NCBI RefSeq assembly: GCF_018977255.1 | Contig: NW_024704742.1 | Span: forward strand, 83,206,001-83,270,000 | From: Callorhinchus milii | Lineage: Eukaryota | DNA length: 64,000 bases | Direction of reading: 5' to 3' | Shown here: positions 37,103-50,054 of the stretch, in pieces | How positions within the stretch are numbered: position 1 is the first letter of the stretch | Layout of the letters: the number at the start of each line of letters is the position of its first letter | The notes under the pieces: generated by a model | The model's database searches: none | Told to the model about the DNA's origin: nothing | Seen by the model: only the letters and a program-made list of their open reading frames with translations | Translations under genes and position numbers: made by a program

Positions 37103-37992
37103 CAATGTTTGTTGATATTCACCATTGCCCTCGCTTGTATTCATCACTCCCAATATAAATATAGGAACAAATCTTTAGCAACATTGCCATCTGTCATTTT
37201 GAAACTGCACTGAACCACAAGCTCCCAAGTCACTAAAATGTGATAAATTCCAAGAGATCATTGAAATTGCACTACATGACAGCTGGGAAGAAGCAGAATA
37301 ACCTCATTGAGCTCTTACAGATGTAATTGCCATTTCATTTTCAGCAGCACCACCATTACAGCAAATAAAAGATCCCATCAGAAACTCTCACCAGAACATA
37401 TTACTAGTCGGTCACTGACAATGAAAATAAAATCCAGTCCGGAGCAGAGGATGTGTCTCAAATTCCTCCAAAGATGAGAGATGATTGGCCTGGCTTACTT
37501 CAGGAGCACTCAGGCCACATGTTTGCGTACAGAAATACACACACTACATTTAACAGAAATTATTGTGAATCGCTTTGAGACCTTTTGATAGTTTAGGTGC
37601 TATATCAAATATAAGGATTATTATACATTAGGGTGACTAATTCACCTGAAGAGCTGCCTAAGCTCCTCTGGCCTGTCAAAATGTGTCAATCAGACTGATG
37701 CTGAAGTATGGCACAAATACGCTCCAAACATCAGTCTCAGAAATACCGTAATTACTTGAATTAAGTCAGCCTGAATCTAAGGTGCAGGCAAATATTCAAG
37801 GGTTTACGGGAAAAAACTTCTTTTCTGCGATTTCATGGTACCACTGCTTGTAAGGTACATTTTAATGAAAATACTCAAGCCCCAAGTTTTGGACACCATC
37901 AGAGGAGGAAAACCAGAGCACATATTTTGACCTGCATTTCCAACATGAATTACCAGTGAAGAATCCCAATCTTACACAGTCTGAATGGGAAA

Positions 37993-38295
37993 ATAATAAT
38001 AATAATAATAATAATAATAACCCTTGCACTTGATATATCTCCTTATCACATTGTTGAGATGTCTCAAATCGCATCACAGGATATACTGTGAAGTGGATTG
38101 ACTGTATATTTTGTGGGCGTCAGTTGCACGCAGCAATGTTCCACAAACAGCCATGAAATCATTAACCAATATTATTTGAGGGATTGCTGGGCAGGACACT
38201 AGAAGAAACATCCTTCGCTTTTCAAACAGTACTATGGGATCTTTAATATTGACCTGAACAGGCAGATGGGACCTTTATTTAACGTCTTATCCAAG
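37993..38295 (-). mobile_element. Deu-domain SINE, 5'-truncated
   Basis: (TAA)n tail, ctgggcaggacac...atgggatcttta...cctgaacaggcagatggg. Confidence 0.7.
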
Positions 38296-41200
38296 GATCC
38301 AGCATTTCTTGTGGAGAATCGTATAATGGAACAACTGTATCCTGACTGTTCCAGAGGCCAGTCCTGGTTTGAGTGAAGATAGCAATCTGATTCCCATTCT
38401 GGTATGGTCCTTAATTCCCTCCAACAATTTTATCAAGGTAGACCACTGTAAATTCCAACACTAATAGAGAGACTGGGGTGAAGAAGGCTCTTCAATCCAT
38501 TTGATCCAATTTTTCCAAAATGCCCAGCCTACCTTCTTCCCATTATGGTCTCAGTCATTTAGGAATGCTGGGCAAATCTTGCTGGAAACCCAACTGCACA
38601 TACAAAGTAAACCTTCCCTCCCAAAATATATCAAAACTCTAAACGTTATAGTGTAATTCTTCACTGTAGGGAAGAATTGCTCCTCTCTACTCTCTGACTT
38701 CATGAGAGCCCTGCCTTCTTTAACTTATCCCTGCATTACAATACATAATCATAAGGAACAACTAGGTCAAATTGCACTGTTCCTTAACCCCTTTCCTTAC
38801 GTTACTTAACACAAGGAACAAGTTCCCAATTTGACTTAGTCTAATGTCACCTCTCTTACCTCAGTATTGTGCTCATTGCTCTCAGTCTCTGATCCACAAA
38901 TCTGCTTCTCCAGATCAGCTACATGTAAAAATACACAGAAAAACTATAAAGGCATTTCCTGATCCAGGCTGCAGAAATGCTGGAACATTGGGATTTCTCA
39001 GTAGTGTAAACATTGGGATTTCTCTGCCATTGTTCACACTCAGTTTCTATGTGTTTTTTCATCAGCTGATCTGGTAGAGAGACTGGGCTTTATCAAAAAC
39101 TCAAAGCATGATGCTGTCACAAAGGAAAGATGGGGAAACATTATGCCAATTCTAATTGAGAAACAAATAAGGTGATAAAATCAAGCAACGCTGTTAAGAA
39201 ACATTGCAAATTTTACCGCTACTGGTGGGTGGATTAGGAATACTATACTTTCTTTCTGAAGAAGCCATTGGTAGGTATTTTGGCAGCATTCCTATATATT
39301 TCAATCCAAATTTCATCAGTATAATAATGTACCTGTTCGACATAGGTTTTGTCCCAAGCTTCTCAGAGACAAAACTGTCAGTTTCATACTTTGTAAACTT
39401 AGATATCTGTGCTTTAACTCTACAACACCAGACAAATTGTCAGACAAGAAAAAGAGGGAACTGGGTTATTGTTTAGGAAATTTGAGGTTGAACATAATGC
39501 TTGCTTCATCACTTACTCTTTTAAAGATGTATAGTCTTATTATTATACTTTTGTCCACAATCATCCCTAAAAAAATTATCCTAAAATACTGCAACTAAAT
39601 GTTTTCAAAATTAGTAATACTGTTTATATTGATATGCAAATTAAATTTGCTATCTGTTTTTATCAGCAGCTTTTGTGCACCTCAGAATGAAAAGAAATAC
39701 AATAATAAAAGTAATAAGAATTCTTGCATTTCATATAGAATGTCTCAAAGTATTTCACAGGATATTCTGCAAAGTGTAGTGACTGTATATCTTGTAATGA
39801 ACAATGCTGCCAATTTGTGCACAGCAATATCCCATATACATCATGAAGTGAGTAACTACAACAACAACAACAAAATTACATTTATAGAACGCCTTTCACA
39901 TCAGGAGGATGTCCCAAAGCGCTGGATAACTCATTTTAATTTGGAGACTGTTGGCCAGGACAGTGATAACAACAATCTTCAAAAGCTAGAAGTCTACTCT
40001 TATGGATTAATCTTTAATTCTCAAGATGTAATGAATAAATTCGCCCTGAAAACATACAGTCACTGCACTTTACAATATATCCTGTGAAGCTCTTTGTGGA
40101 ATTCTCCCAATGTGAAAGGAGCTATACCAAATTAAATGATGATTATTATCATCAGTAATAATGCAGAATATGAAAAGCAGAATACCATGGAACTTTTGAG
40201 TGTTTTTATAACTGTATAAAGAATTCAAACATGGAATAGGAATTAGTAAGAGGGACTGCACCAGAGGCTCACTATTTTAGATTTGCCACACAATGAAAGC
40301 TAAATGTGCTTCTATAGCAAAGGATATTTGTAAAGATTTTGTGCATTTAAATTGTTGTTTTTCTGGAGCCCGCAATGACTGTTGGGTGAAATCAATGTAC
40401 AGCTGTTGTGAGACTGAATCACTTGCTTCCTTTAGATGTGGAAATCAAAAGTACTGGATTATTGAGGTAACCCAACGAGGACTCAGGGCATCACTTGTGT
40501 ACAAGAATAATATTCTTCTTGTGTGGGGTTGAAGGGCACCCATTTAAAAGGTGAGGGTCACAAAATTGGAAGCATCCAAAGAAAGCTTTGAATACATGGG
40601 ATGAAATTATGACCTGTGATGTGCTAATTACCAACAGCAATCACAATTTTCATCCTAAAGTAAAACCAACCTATTTGAAAAACTCAATTGCAGAATCAAT
40701 CATCACGTCAACTAAGAAGCAATTCAGTGGCTAATATTAAACTTGTAGAGAGCTAGTTATGATCATTAATATTATTACATTAATTGCTTTATTGGCCTTA
40801 GCATTGTGTCCTTTTCTTTGCCAATGCAGCTTTAACAAAGCCTTTAAATGAGGCTGTTCTCCTATAAGGTTAAGGCAAGTTTTCAAATTACCTTTTGATA
40901 GACTTTGAAAGGGACAAAAGGTCTGAAGAGATGAGCAGCATTCTGTTATACTGCAATCTCAGACAATTTAGAGTGATGCAATAAATTAGTTGTTATTGTA
41001 TTATTCAAGAAAGGTTTCATCTAATTTGAATTAGAGTCTCGTTTTTCATTTCTCTTTTATACTATTAGGGATGCACCAGTTATTTGATAAATAAGTTGTT
41101 AATTGACTATAAGTGAAGTCAGCCAATGTTTTGATGGTTCAATCATATTATCCCCACCAGCTTTACAAATTAATTGATTGCATTTTGTCTTCCTGCTAAT

Positions 41201-42254
41201 TTACCATTAAGTCGCAGGCAGCTGGTGTCATTCTCTTTGCAAACATTATTCATAATCTCATGGACACAAAAGGCATCGCTTCAAATTGCTGCAAATAGTT
41301 CTTACAGAAATAAATATCTCCCTTCACAGCATTCACTATCCTGAGTAATTCCTGGGGAACAAACAATACGATATCGCCATTTCAGATTTTTTCTGTTATC
41401 GAATGGTGCATTGGGAGGGGAGAGAGAAAAGAAGAGAGAGAGAGAGAGAGAGGAGTGGAATAAGCCATGCTTACATACCCTGCAGCAAGACATGTATAGA
41501 CATCTGGAAGTTAATTTTTTTTTAAAAATTCCTCCTCCTCTCCAGAAGACAGCAACTCACACTGAGCTCCAGTTCCATAGGTTCAATACCTCCTATTGCT
41601 TCTTTCACATTGAAGAGCTCCCAACCCCAACTGTTCTACTTTGGATGAAGGGCACACCTGAAATATTATGTTTCTTTTTCAGCTGTTGGTTGATCCGTGC
41701 TGGATTTCCAACAGTTTTTGGCCTGTTTTCAGATTTCCAGCACCTGCCTTTATCTCTTCCATTCCATGGGATATGACAGCCCGCTGCAACCTTGTTCGTG
41801 CTACTAATGATTGCGCCTCTTTAAAAAGCACCCACAGTCTATTTCACTATAACAGCTTTTAGGTAAATCCAAACCTGTCCTCAAAAAAACATATTTTCCA
41901 ACAAGGTGTTCTGGAAAGCAACCAGAAGCAGGAAGCCTGGCGCCTGATATCATGAGCTCCCACACGAAGGGCGATACTTAAATGCAAATTGTTGTTATAG
42001 TTGTTGTATCCATCTCAACATGGACTAGGGATAAAACATGGTCCCTCTTGGTTTATATGCACCATGTCAGTGTAGCATCAAACAATATATTCACTTAACG
42101 ATATATTCATTGAACCATTTACTCACTGACCCGTCCAAAGGTAGGTGGTCTTCTCATAATTCTGATTTGTCATTGATGAGCATGCAACAATTTTGAGTGA
42201 TTTGGAATCTGTATCTAAATGGTGTCTACAAAGTCCACTTACCTCCTGTTACAA

Positions 42255-42410
42255 AGCAGTGATATGAAACCACAGAGGAGCTGAAACAAGCTGTCAGAGA
42301 TGCATTTTGCCTCATCACTCCATCCATGTTACGGAAGATGTTGCACTGAACGTAGCGATGGATCATTATGTGCCATGAAAATGATGGCACTCACACACAC
42401 ACAACGATCA
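42255..42410 (+). mobile_element. Tc1/mariner transposase C-terminal remnant
   Basis: From 42263: YETTEELKQAVRDAFCLITPSMLRKMLH*T*RWIIMCHENDGTHT, matching the Tc1/mariner C-terminal pattern T.EELK.AI..A...I...ML.......R...C....G.H. Confidence 0.6.
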
Positions 42411-42539
42411 CTTGGATGGCTAAATACAGTTAAGCACTTGTACTGAATATAATTAAGGTCTTCTAACTACAATTATCATCATTCTTCCACATGTTGCAGC
42501 AGCTGGTCAGTGCACTGTAGAAACAAAATATGGGGGTAA

Positions 42540-42812
42540 CTCTTTGACCGTGCCTTCAGCTCCCCTCTCGACTCTCTTCCCCCTCCTCGCTCCCTCCCTT
42601 CCCTCCCCTCACCCTGACCATTTCCCCCCTCCTTGCTCCCTCCCTTCCCTCCCCTCACCCTGACCATTTCCCCCCTCCTCGCTCCCTCCCTTCCCTCCCC
42701 TCACCCTGACCATTTCCCCCCTGCTCGGGTCATGACCCAACTGTGCAGCGCCTTGGGACGTCCTCCTGACGTGAAAGGCGCTTTATAAATGGAATCTTGT
42801 TGTTGTTGTTGT
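42540..42812 (+). mobile_element. L2 3' end with internal 46-bp tandem triplication
   Basis: ctctttgaccgtgcc (LFDRA), 46-bp unit (accctgacca at 42611, 42657, 42703), stem-loop tail and (TTG)n. Confidence 0.85.
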
Positions 42813-43344
42813 AACAGCAGTTTGTGGAGACCCTGTAGAACAGAATTTGTATCTATTTCCCCTTTTCTGTTTGATTGTAGGTTGGCACAGCAGATTGACT
42901 TGGGTTTAGCAGAGCTAAATATAACATACTATCTATCTGCCAAATTCTGTCCAATTCAATGTATACTTGCGTGCAGTGATTTGGTAAACCACTTGTGTTT
43001 CAACTGTTCTGCACATTCCCATATTGTCACTTGTAATAACATGAACTATTTTTGTTCGTGAAGAGGAAAGGTAAAGTTAGGCCAAACACAGTTCCCTTAA
43101 AGGTCCCCATTTATATGACAACCCCCCAACACCCACCCCATCATGATCTTTTGAGGAAGTCATGAATCCAGTTCAACACATTGCAAGAATCATTCTAAGT
43201 TGAGCAATTTTATCTGATGACAAATTGCCAATGAATGAGATGTTGTGAAGAAGTTGCAGCAGTTTCTCATTCTCTGGCTCCAAAGACCTATGAAAGTTTT
43301 GACAAAAGTGATACTTGTCTATAGTTATCAAAATCTGACATTAA

Positions 43345-44192
43345 TCTCTGGGAACACTCAGCAGATCAGGCAGCATCTATGGAAATATATAAATATAAAT
43401 ATAAAGGAAAGGTATGGCATCTCCTGCCCTTTCACCTCCTCCCACACCACTGTCCAGGGCCCCAAACACAGTTTTCAAGTGAGACAGTGATTTACGTGTA
43501 CTACCACTAATATAGTTTACTGCATTCGCTGCTCACGATGTGGATGTGGTCTCCTCCTGTACACTGGGGAGATGAAACGCAGATTGGGTGACCGATTTGC
43601 CGAACATCTCCGTTCTGTCCACAAGCTCAACCCTGAGCTTTCGGTTTCTTGCCACTTCAAGTCTTCCACCCACTCGCACTCTGACCCCTCCATCCACGGT
43701 CTCCTACTCTGTTCCAATGAGTAACAGCGCAAGATCGAGCAACAGCAACTCGTTTATCTGCTGGGGACCTTACAGCCCTCTGGACTCAATATTGATTTCA
43801 ATAATTTCAGATCATAACAGCTCACCTTCCCCCTCCCCCTCTTTTGGGACCATTACCACATCATCTGGGTCCCAGACGCACCTTTTCTCTTTCTGGTCTG
43901 CCTATTTTGTTGTAATTTCCCCCCTTTGTTTTGCATCATTAACACCTCTGTAACCCATCATCCCCTGTCCTCTACCCCATTTTCTCCTTTTTCTTCCTTG
44001 CTCTGCCACCAGCCTCTCTGTTAGCCCTTAAAAGCCTCTCCCTCCCAACATGCCCCAGTTCTGACGAAGTGTGTGGACCCGAAATGTTGACTCACTTTCC
44101 TTTCTTCATAGATGCTGCCTGACCTGCTGAGTGTTCCCAGCGACTTCTGTTTTTGTTTCAGATTTCCGACATCTACGGTATTTTGCTTTTTG
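43345..44192 (+). mobile_element. Penelope-like element 3' part: GIY-YIG endonuclease remnant, pseudo-LTR, inverted terminal copy
   Basis: 43410-43812 gives FTCTTTNIVYCIRCSRCG..LYTGEMKRRLGDRFAEHLRSV...CHF...LGTLQPSGLNIDFNNF. 43347-43383 is the reverse complement of 44105-44141. Confidence 0.88.
44056..44093 (+). ncRNA. Degenerate Penelope-type hammerhead ribozyme
   Basis: agtt-CTGACGA-(13 nt, stem II damaged)-GAAA-tgt-tgact, in the pseudo-LTR where PLE hammerheads lie. Confidence 0.55.
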
Positions 44193-45213
44193 TCTGACAT
44201 TAATCTTTTTGTGTGAATGCTCATGGTATTTGTTGCTTTTCTCTCAAAGCAGTTGATAGGGACAGTTGAAATTCATGAGACAGAACCAGCTGGGATACTA
44301 CTTTTAGAATACAACCACCTATTGTTGGGATTAGTAGCTTTTGCCAGTTCCAGTATTTGATGGATATTTTCAAGCTTTTTGGTTGCTTGTATTGCTGCAC
44401 ATCAATAGAACATTTGATATTTGGCCACAGATTTTAGGTGTTTTCTGCGAAATACATAAATGTATACATTCACTGACTGATAAGATTCATTCTTTTTCCC
44501 AGCTGGCTGCCTAGTTGTAAATATACATCAATTTCCACAAGCAGTGCTGTGGTTGATATGCATTCATATTGCCTTGTAGTTTTGAGGTGACTGTACATCC
44601 AATTTCATGCAAATTAAGTACAAGTATCTGTTTGAATATCTAGCTGGCTTCCAGCACACAGCTTATTTGAGCAAAGTCTCTAAATTCTTTTATAAGAATC
44701 CAAAAATGTTTTACTCTCTGAATGGTGCTGCAACCATTGTAGTTAAAAATTTTGCAGCATCTGAGTTTCCTACTAATGTAAATGCTGGACCTTTTGTAAA
44801 CATTCAAATATAATAAGTTAAGCATTACTAGTGCTGAGCAAAAATGTATCTGCTTCAATTTTAAAAAGGTGCTTGAGTTGCAGATTCAAATCAAACCGGT
44901 AATAAATACAAGGACTCGATTTTTGCAGGAATAAAAATTCTCGGCACCGACTGAGTGATCTGAATCTCAAGTGTTCGATACTATGAGCTGGAAAGTGAGC
45001 AGTAAGATTAATTTAGATTTTCTGCCATGCTTTTGTCCAAAGGCAAATTACTCCTTCCCCACCCCCGCCCCACCCCCCCACCCCCAACTCCATCTGAACT
45101 CTATTAACGATATAGCTTGGCTAAGGCTAACCACACACACATTTTCCAAAAATTATTTTTACAGAAGTTAAGCCCCAAAAATAGAATGTAGAAAAGATGT
45201 TGCCAATAAATTT

Positions 45214-45951
45214 ATGGAGCATTCAGAAGTCAATGAAGAAAACAAAGTAATAGCACTGGATACATCAGTTATAGTAATTAGTTACACACAAGTTTGGCAC
45301 CAAAAAATATGATAAGTGCATTTAACTGCTACGACAGAGCTATACTTTTAATAGTGTGTCTGGGAAATAGTCAGCTACAGGTGGAAATATCTTAAGGCAG
45401 ACCTTTCACAGTAATGAGTAAAGTATTCCTTTGAATCAAGACAGAGCTGTGGCATGATCAAGCCATGAAGAGAGAGAGAGAGAGAGAAAGTGAGAGGGAG
45501 AGAGAGACTTGAGGAGGCCGATCACGTGTTTTTATGTTTGATAAGTGGAGAAAACAAAAATAAAATTCGGAGAGCGATCACACATCTGGCATTTGGTCTT
45601 GACAGAGAGAGTAGATCAAAGGGTTTGTGTTAATATGTACAGCATCATTAGGTGAGAAGTACAAATGTAGTCTGTGCAGGTGGTGGTGGTTGGATGTGTA
45701 TGTGGGGCACCAATTAGACTCTGCCATCTCGTCTCTGCCTGTGTTAGCAGATCAAAGGGGCTTTTGTGTATCATTAGGGAGGGTAGTCATTCATGGAGCA
45801 TTCAGAAGTCAATGAAAAAAACAAAGTAACAGCATTGGATACATCAGTTATAGTAATTAGTTACCCACTAGTTTGGCACCAAAAAATATGAGAAGTGCAT
45901 TAAACTGCCACAACAGAGCTATAGTTTGAATAGTGTGTCTAGGAAATAGTC
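45214..45951 (+). repeat. Direct repeat of about 159 bp (45214-45372 and 45793-45951)
   Basis: atggagcattcagaagtcaatga...gtgtct.ggaaatagtc present twice, ungapped, with scattered substitutions. Confidence 0.92.
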
Positions 45952-46544
45952 CGAAATTACAACAACTTGCATTTATATAACTCTTCACCCAGGATAGCAT
46001 CAGAGTGCTATACAATGGCTGGGCTGGACATCGAGCAAGGGAGAGGGGGTGACCACAGGCTCATTTAAATTGCATTTGAATTTCAATTAAATTAAATTAT
46101 GGGTGTTAATTTGGTGCCATTTTTATCAGACGATGTTTGTCTCACGAAAACTGACGCTGTCAACATGCAGCCTGTTTGTCACAGCTTGCCAATAGGTAAT
46201 AACGGAGTTGCTCTTTGGAGTGCTCAGATTTTCTGATATGACGTTTTGAGTTACCAAGTTCGCTCATTCAGTGTTCTTGTTATGGAGCTGTCATGCCAAT
46301 CTAAGTGGAACAATAAGTTAACACTGGGGAGCTATGAAACTTTGGGGGTTCTTTTCGACCCCAGTTGTTTCAAATTATTTTGCAATTTGCTTCCGTAAGT
46401 GGAAATCTTGCTGGTTCTTAAAGCTTACTAACTTTCAGCGCTGCCCACTTATAATGGGATTTCTGCATTATTAAATGCGTGCTGTTAAAATCAGTGACTG
46501 TGAAGACCAGTAGACCAAACATCACCCCAATTTGGCGAGTGGGA

Positions 46545-47055
46545 ACAACAACAACAACAAAATTACATTTGTATAGCACCTTTCACGTCGGGAGAACATC
46601 CCAAGATGCTGAACAGTCAGTGTTTTGGACCAAGCTGGGGGAGGGTGGAGGGCAGGGAGGGGAAGGAGGGTAATGGAAAGCACGGTCAAAGAGGAAGGTT
46701 TTGAGATCGGTCTTGAAGGAGGCAAGGGAGGGGGTGAGGCGGAGGGACTGGGGGATGGAGTTCCAGAGGGTGGGGGTAGAGTGGCAGAAGGCCTGCCCAC
46801 CAATGGTGGGGAGTGCGAGGCAGGGATGTGAAGCAGGCCGGAGTCCATTGAGCGGAGGGAGCGGGCAGCATGGTATGCGGTTAGGACGTTGCAGAGTAGG
46901 TGGGAGCAAGGCCATGGAGGGCTTAGAAGATGAGGACCAGGATAGTTCAAGGATCTTGAACTATATCCTCTGCACCAGGGAGAAGACACGGGCTGCAGAG
47001 TTCTGGATGATCTGAGGCCAATGGAGGGAGGAGTTGGGGAGGCCGACAAGCAAGG
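46545..47055 (-). mobile_element. L2 LINE 3' fragment
   Basis: PTIGGQAF, TLWNSIPQSL, FKTDLKTFLFDRAF, (TTG)n tail. Confidence 0.88.
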
Positions 47056-47519
47056 AGAAAGTGTTTCTGCAAATGGAAACACTTTCATATCTGGGTGAGA
47101 CGATTGTGGCTTTCAACACCACCCAGGCTTAATAGGCTTATTCTTCAACAACAACAACAAATTACACTTGTATAGTGCCCTTCACATTGGAAAGACATTC
47201 CAGGGCGCTGGACAGTCAGGGTTTCTTGGACCCGATCTGGGAATTGGGGTTAGGAGGGGTTCAGTGCAGCAATAAATCAGTACATCATTGTTAGAGCTAA
47301 ATTCCTTCTGATGAGGCATTAATCCAAACACCTATCTGCCTGTCCTGGTGCGTCTGATGAATATCAAGATCCCATGGCATTATTTTGAAAAAGAAAAGAG
47401 CATTGTCTCCCCATGTTAGAATGACATATTACGTACTCCAACCCAAACTTCTGCGACACTGCATCTCTAACCTCTGGAACTCCTTGCCTCAATCCCTGCA
47501 ACTCACCCCTCTATAATCT

Positions 47520-47940
47520 ATGGAGTCTTGTAACTTTGTGTTGAGACCACTCGCCTCGCAAGCGAGAGGACCAGGATTTGATTGGTGGGATGGCAAAATG
47601 TTGGCAAGTTTCCTTACTCCACACGCCTCTGTTTACCCAGCAGTAAGTAGGAACCCGATTGTTAGTCAATTGGTGGATCTCTTTTCCCGGCATTATAATC
47701 CCTACAAAAATAAATAAATAAACAAATAAAAAAAATAATTTTGGCACTCAATCCACGACTGTCTGTGGGACACTGCTGTGTGCAATTGGCTGCTGTGTCT
47801 CACCCACAAAAATATACAGTCAATTCACTTTACAGTACATCTTGTGAAGAGCTTTGAGACATCTCAAAGACGTAATGAAGCACTGTATCAAATGCCAGGA
47901 TTATTATTATTATTATTATTACTATTATTATTATTATCAT
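47520..47940 (+). mobile_element. Full-length tRNA(Ala) SINE, long variant
   Basis: Head, central block, long (ATT)n tail. Confidence 0.9.
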
Positions 47941-48354
47941 CTATCTTTAAATCCTACCTTAAGTTTTACCTCTTCGACCCTGCCTATGGTCACCTCTCCC
48001 TTCTTCCTTGCTCGGTGTACAATCCCACCTCTCAGCACTCAGGGATGTATCCTACATGAAGGGTGCTAATATAAATGTAAGTTGTTCTTGGTTTGAAATA
48101 ATTGCATCCTCATCCAACAAAAAGATTAAAATTGGAGAATAAAATTGCTGGTTGTACCATGTTGCTGAAGCAAATTAGAGGTCTTCTTTCTTACATAAAA
48201 GTCACCACACTTCAGAGTGAGGTGTTTTGACATGTTCAAACATGAAAGAATACCATACCACACGCAAACCTAATTTATTTATTCTGCCGATGCTCTAAAC
48301 TGCACCTAGTTAAGAGCAACACAAAGTAACCTGCTCATCAGATTGTTATATCTA

Positions 48355-48719
48355 CAATAATAATCCTTGCATTAGAAATTGTGCCTTATCATGTCATTGA
48401 GAAGTCTCAAGGTGCTTCACAGAATATATTGTAAAGTGGATTGACTGTAATTTGTGGGCGAAACACGGCAGCCAATTATGCACAACAGTATCCCACAGTA
48501 GTGGATTCAATGACAAAATTTTTTTTGGGGTGGTAGGGATTATTACCCCTGGAAAGCAATCCGTCAATCGACAAACAACGAGGTTCCTACCTACTGCTAG
48601 TTAAACAGAAGCGTGTGGAATAAAGAAACTTGCCTAAGGTTTCACCCCGCCTGGGAATCAAACCCAGGTCCACTCGCATGCGAGGCGAGCGCGCTAACTA
48701 CCATGCTATGGGACTCCAC
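48355..48719 (-). mobile_element. Full-length tRNA(Ala) SINE, long variant
   Basis: Same architecture as the other long copies. Confidence 0.9.
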
Positions 48720-50054
48720 ATCTATATGAGGAAATTAATTGCTTCAGCGCCTTGGGATGTCCTTTCGACAATGAAAGGCGTTATATAAATGTAATTCTGT
48801 TTTTGTTGTTGCTTGTGCTTCACTTGCTAGTCCCTTTACAATGGCATAATTGAGATTGGCAATACTGTACTCACAAAATGTGAGCGCAAACCCTTATGAT
48901 GCTCTAGTAAATCCATCTGTACAAATACTGCTTCCTCAGTATCTTCAAAGTGGAAGTTAAATCCACAAGGTGAGTTGACTTTGAAAGTTAAAAGTCCTTT
49001 GCAAAATCATATTATTGAGTAAATGTCGGATAAATTCTTCTATAGTTTCCAATATGCAAATAGATCAATCTTCATGTTATTACCTTCCCTAAAAAACTGT
49101 CATTGCTGATTGACCTTTAGCATTCAATGAAATTCAATCAGCATTATGGCTATGGTTGTTTCTCCATCGGTACTGCCATCACCAATCCTCACAAAGAAAT
49201 AGTTTAATTCTAAACCTCCACACACACCCGCACCCTCCCCTCATTCCAACAGCCTCTTGTTCTATATCCCTGTCATTCCTCCCACACTAAAATTCTTCCC
49301 TGATTCCATGCAGAAGAATGTAAACTATCAACTGAAGGTCAAGCGACCACATTAGTTCTGTCAAGTGAATCACTGTTGTGTTTCAGGCTAAAGACTGAGC
49401 ATGGTTGAGATGTTGTTCTCCTGGCGTATAATATGTTTCCGTGTTATTGAGAAATCTAGATGACGAGCCAAGGCCAATGATACAAAACACCTGCTACACT
49501 TTCAGACTCACTTACATGGATTCCTATTTGGAGAAACCAAAGTTCCTATGATATAGAAGCTGTGTCGTCCCTTATCCACTCTTACAGTAGACAATGTTAA
49601 CTTCTTGGTTCTAGCAATAAACCCTTTGAGAGGATATTCAGGATCAGGTCAATTGCAGTCACCCGCATTTTTTACTGGTAATAAATCTTCCCTCACACCA
49701 TCCTAAACATGCATTATAAACTCATTTCAGTGATATGTTACTTTCCTACTAATGATAGCCTAATACCTGGACTAACCCCAGGTTTTCACGAAAATCCAAA
49801 ATAGACCTCAATGTCTTTCACATTTTGTTTTTAACCCTTGACTGCTAGCAAAATACGGACAGGATAATTTTTTAGTAAAGTGTTTTAAACCCAATCTAAA
49901 TCAAAGTCCTGAGAGATGACAGAATAACCCAAGATTTACTTGACGTCATGTTTGTTTCATACGCTTGCAACTCATATAAGGAAGGGAAGATAAATAGCCA
50001 AATAAGTGAGCTTCAAGAATGTATTTTTATTCTGTACTTAAAATAGATTGGAAA

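Noticed and set aside
42520..42560. Tc1/mariner TIR after the transposase remnant
   Set aside because: ctctttgaccgtgcc is the LFDRA segment of the adjacent L2
49516..49610. Possible 95-nt minus-strand exon (AG...GTAAGT, one open frame TKKLTLSTVRVDKGRHSFYIIGTLVSPNRNP)
   Set aside because: Weak pyrimidine tract, unrecognised peptide and no partner exons; needs RNA-seq
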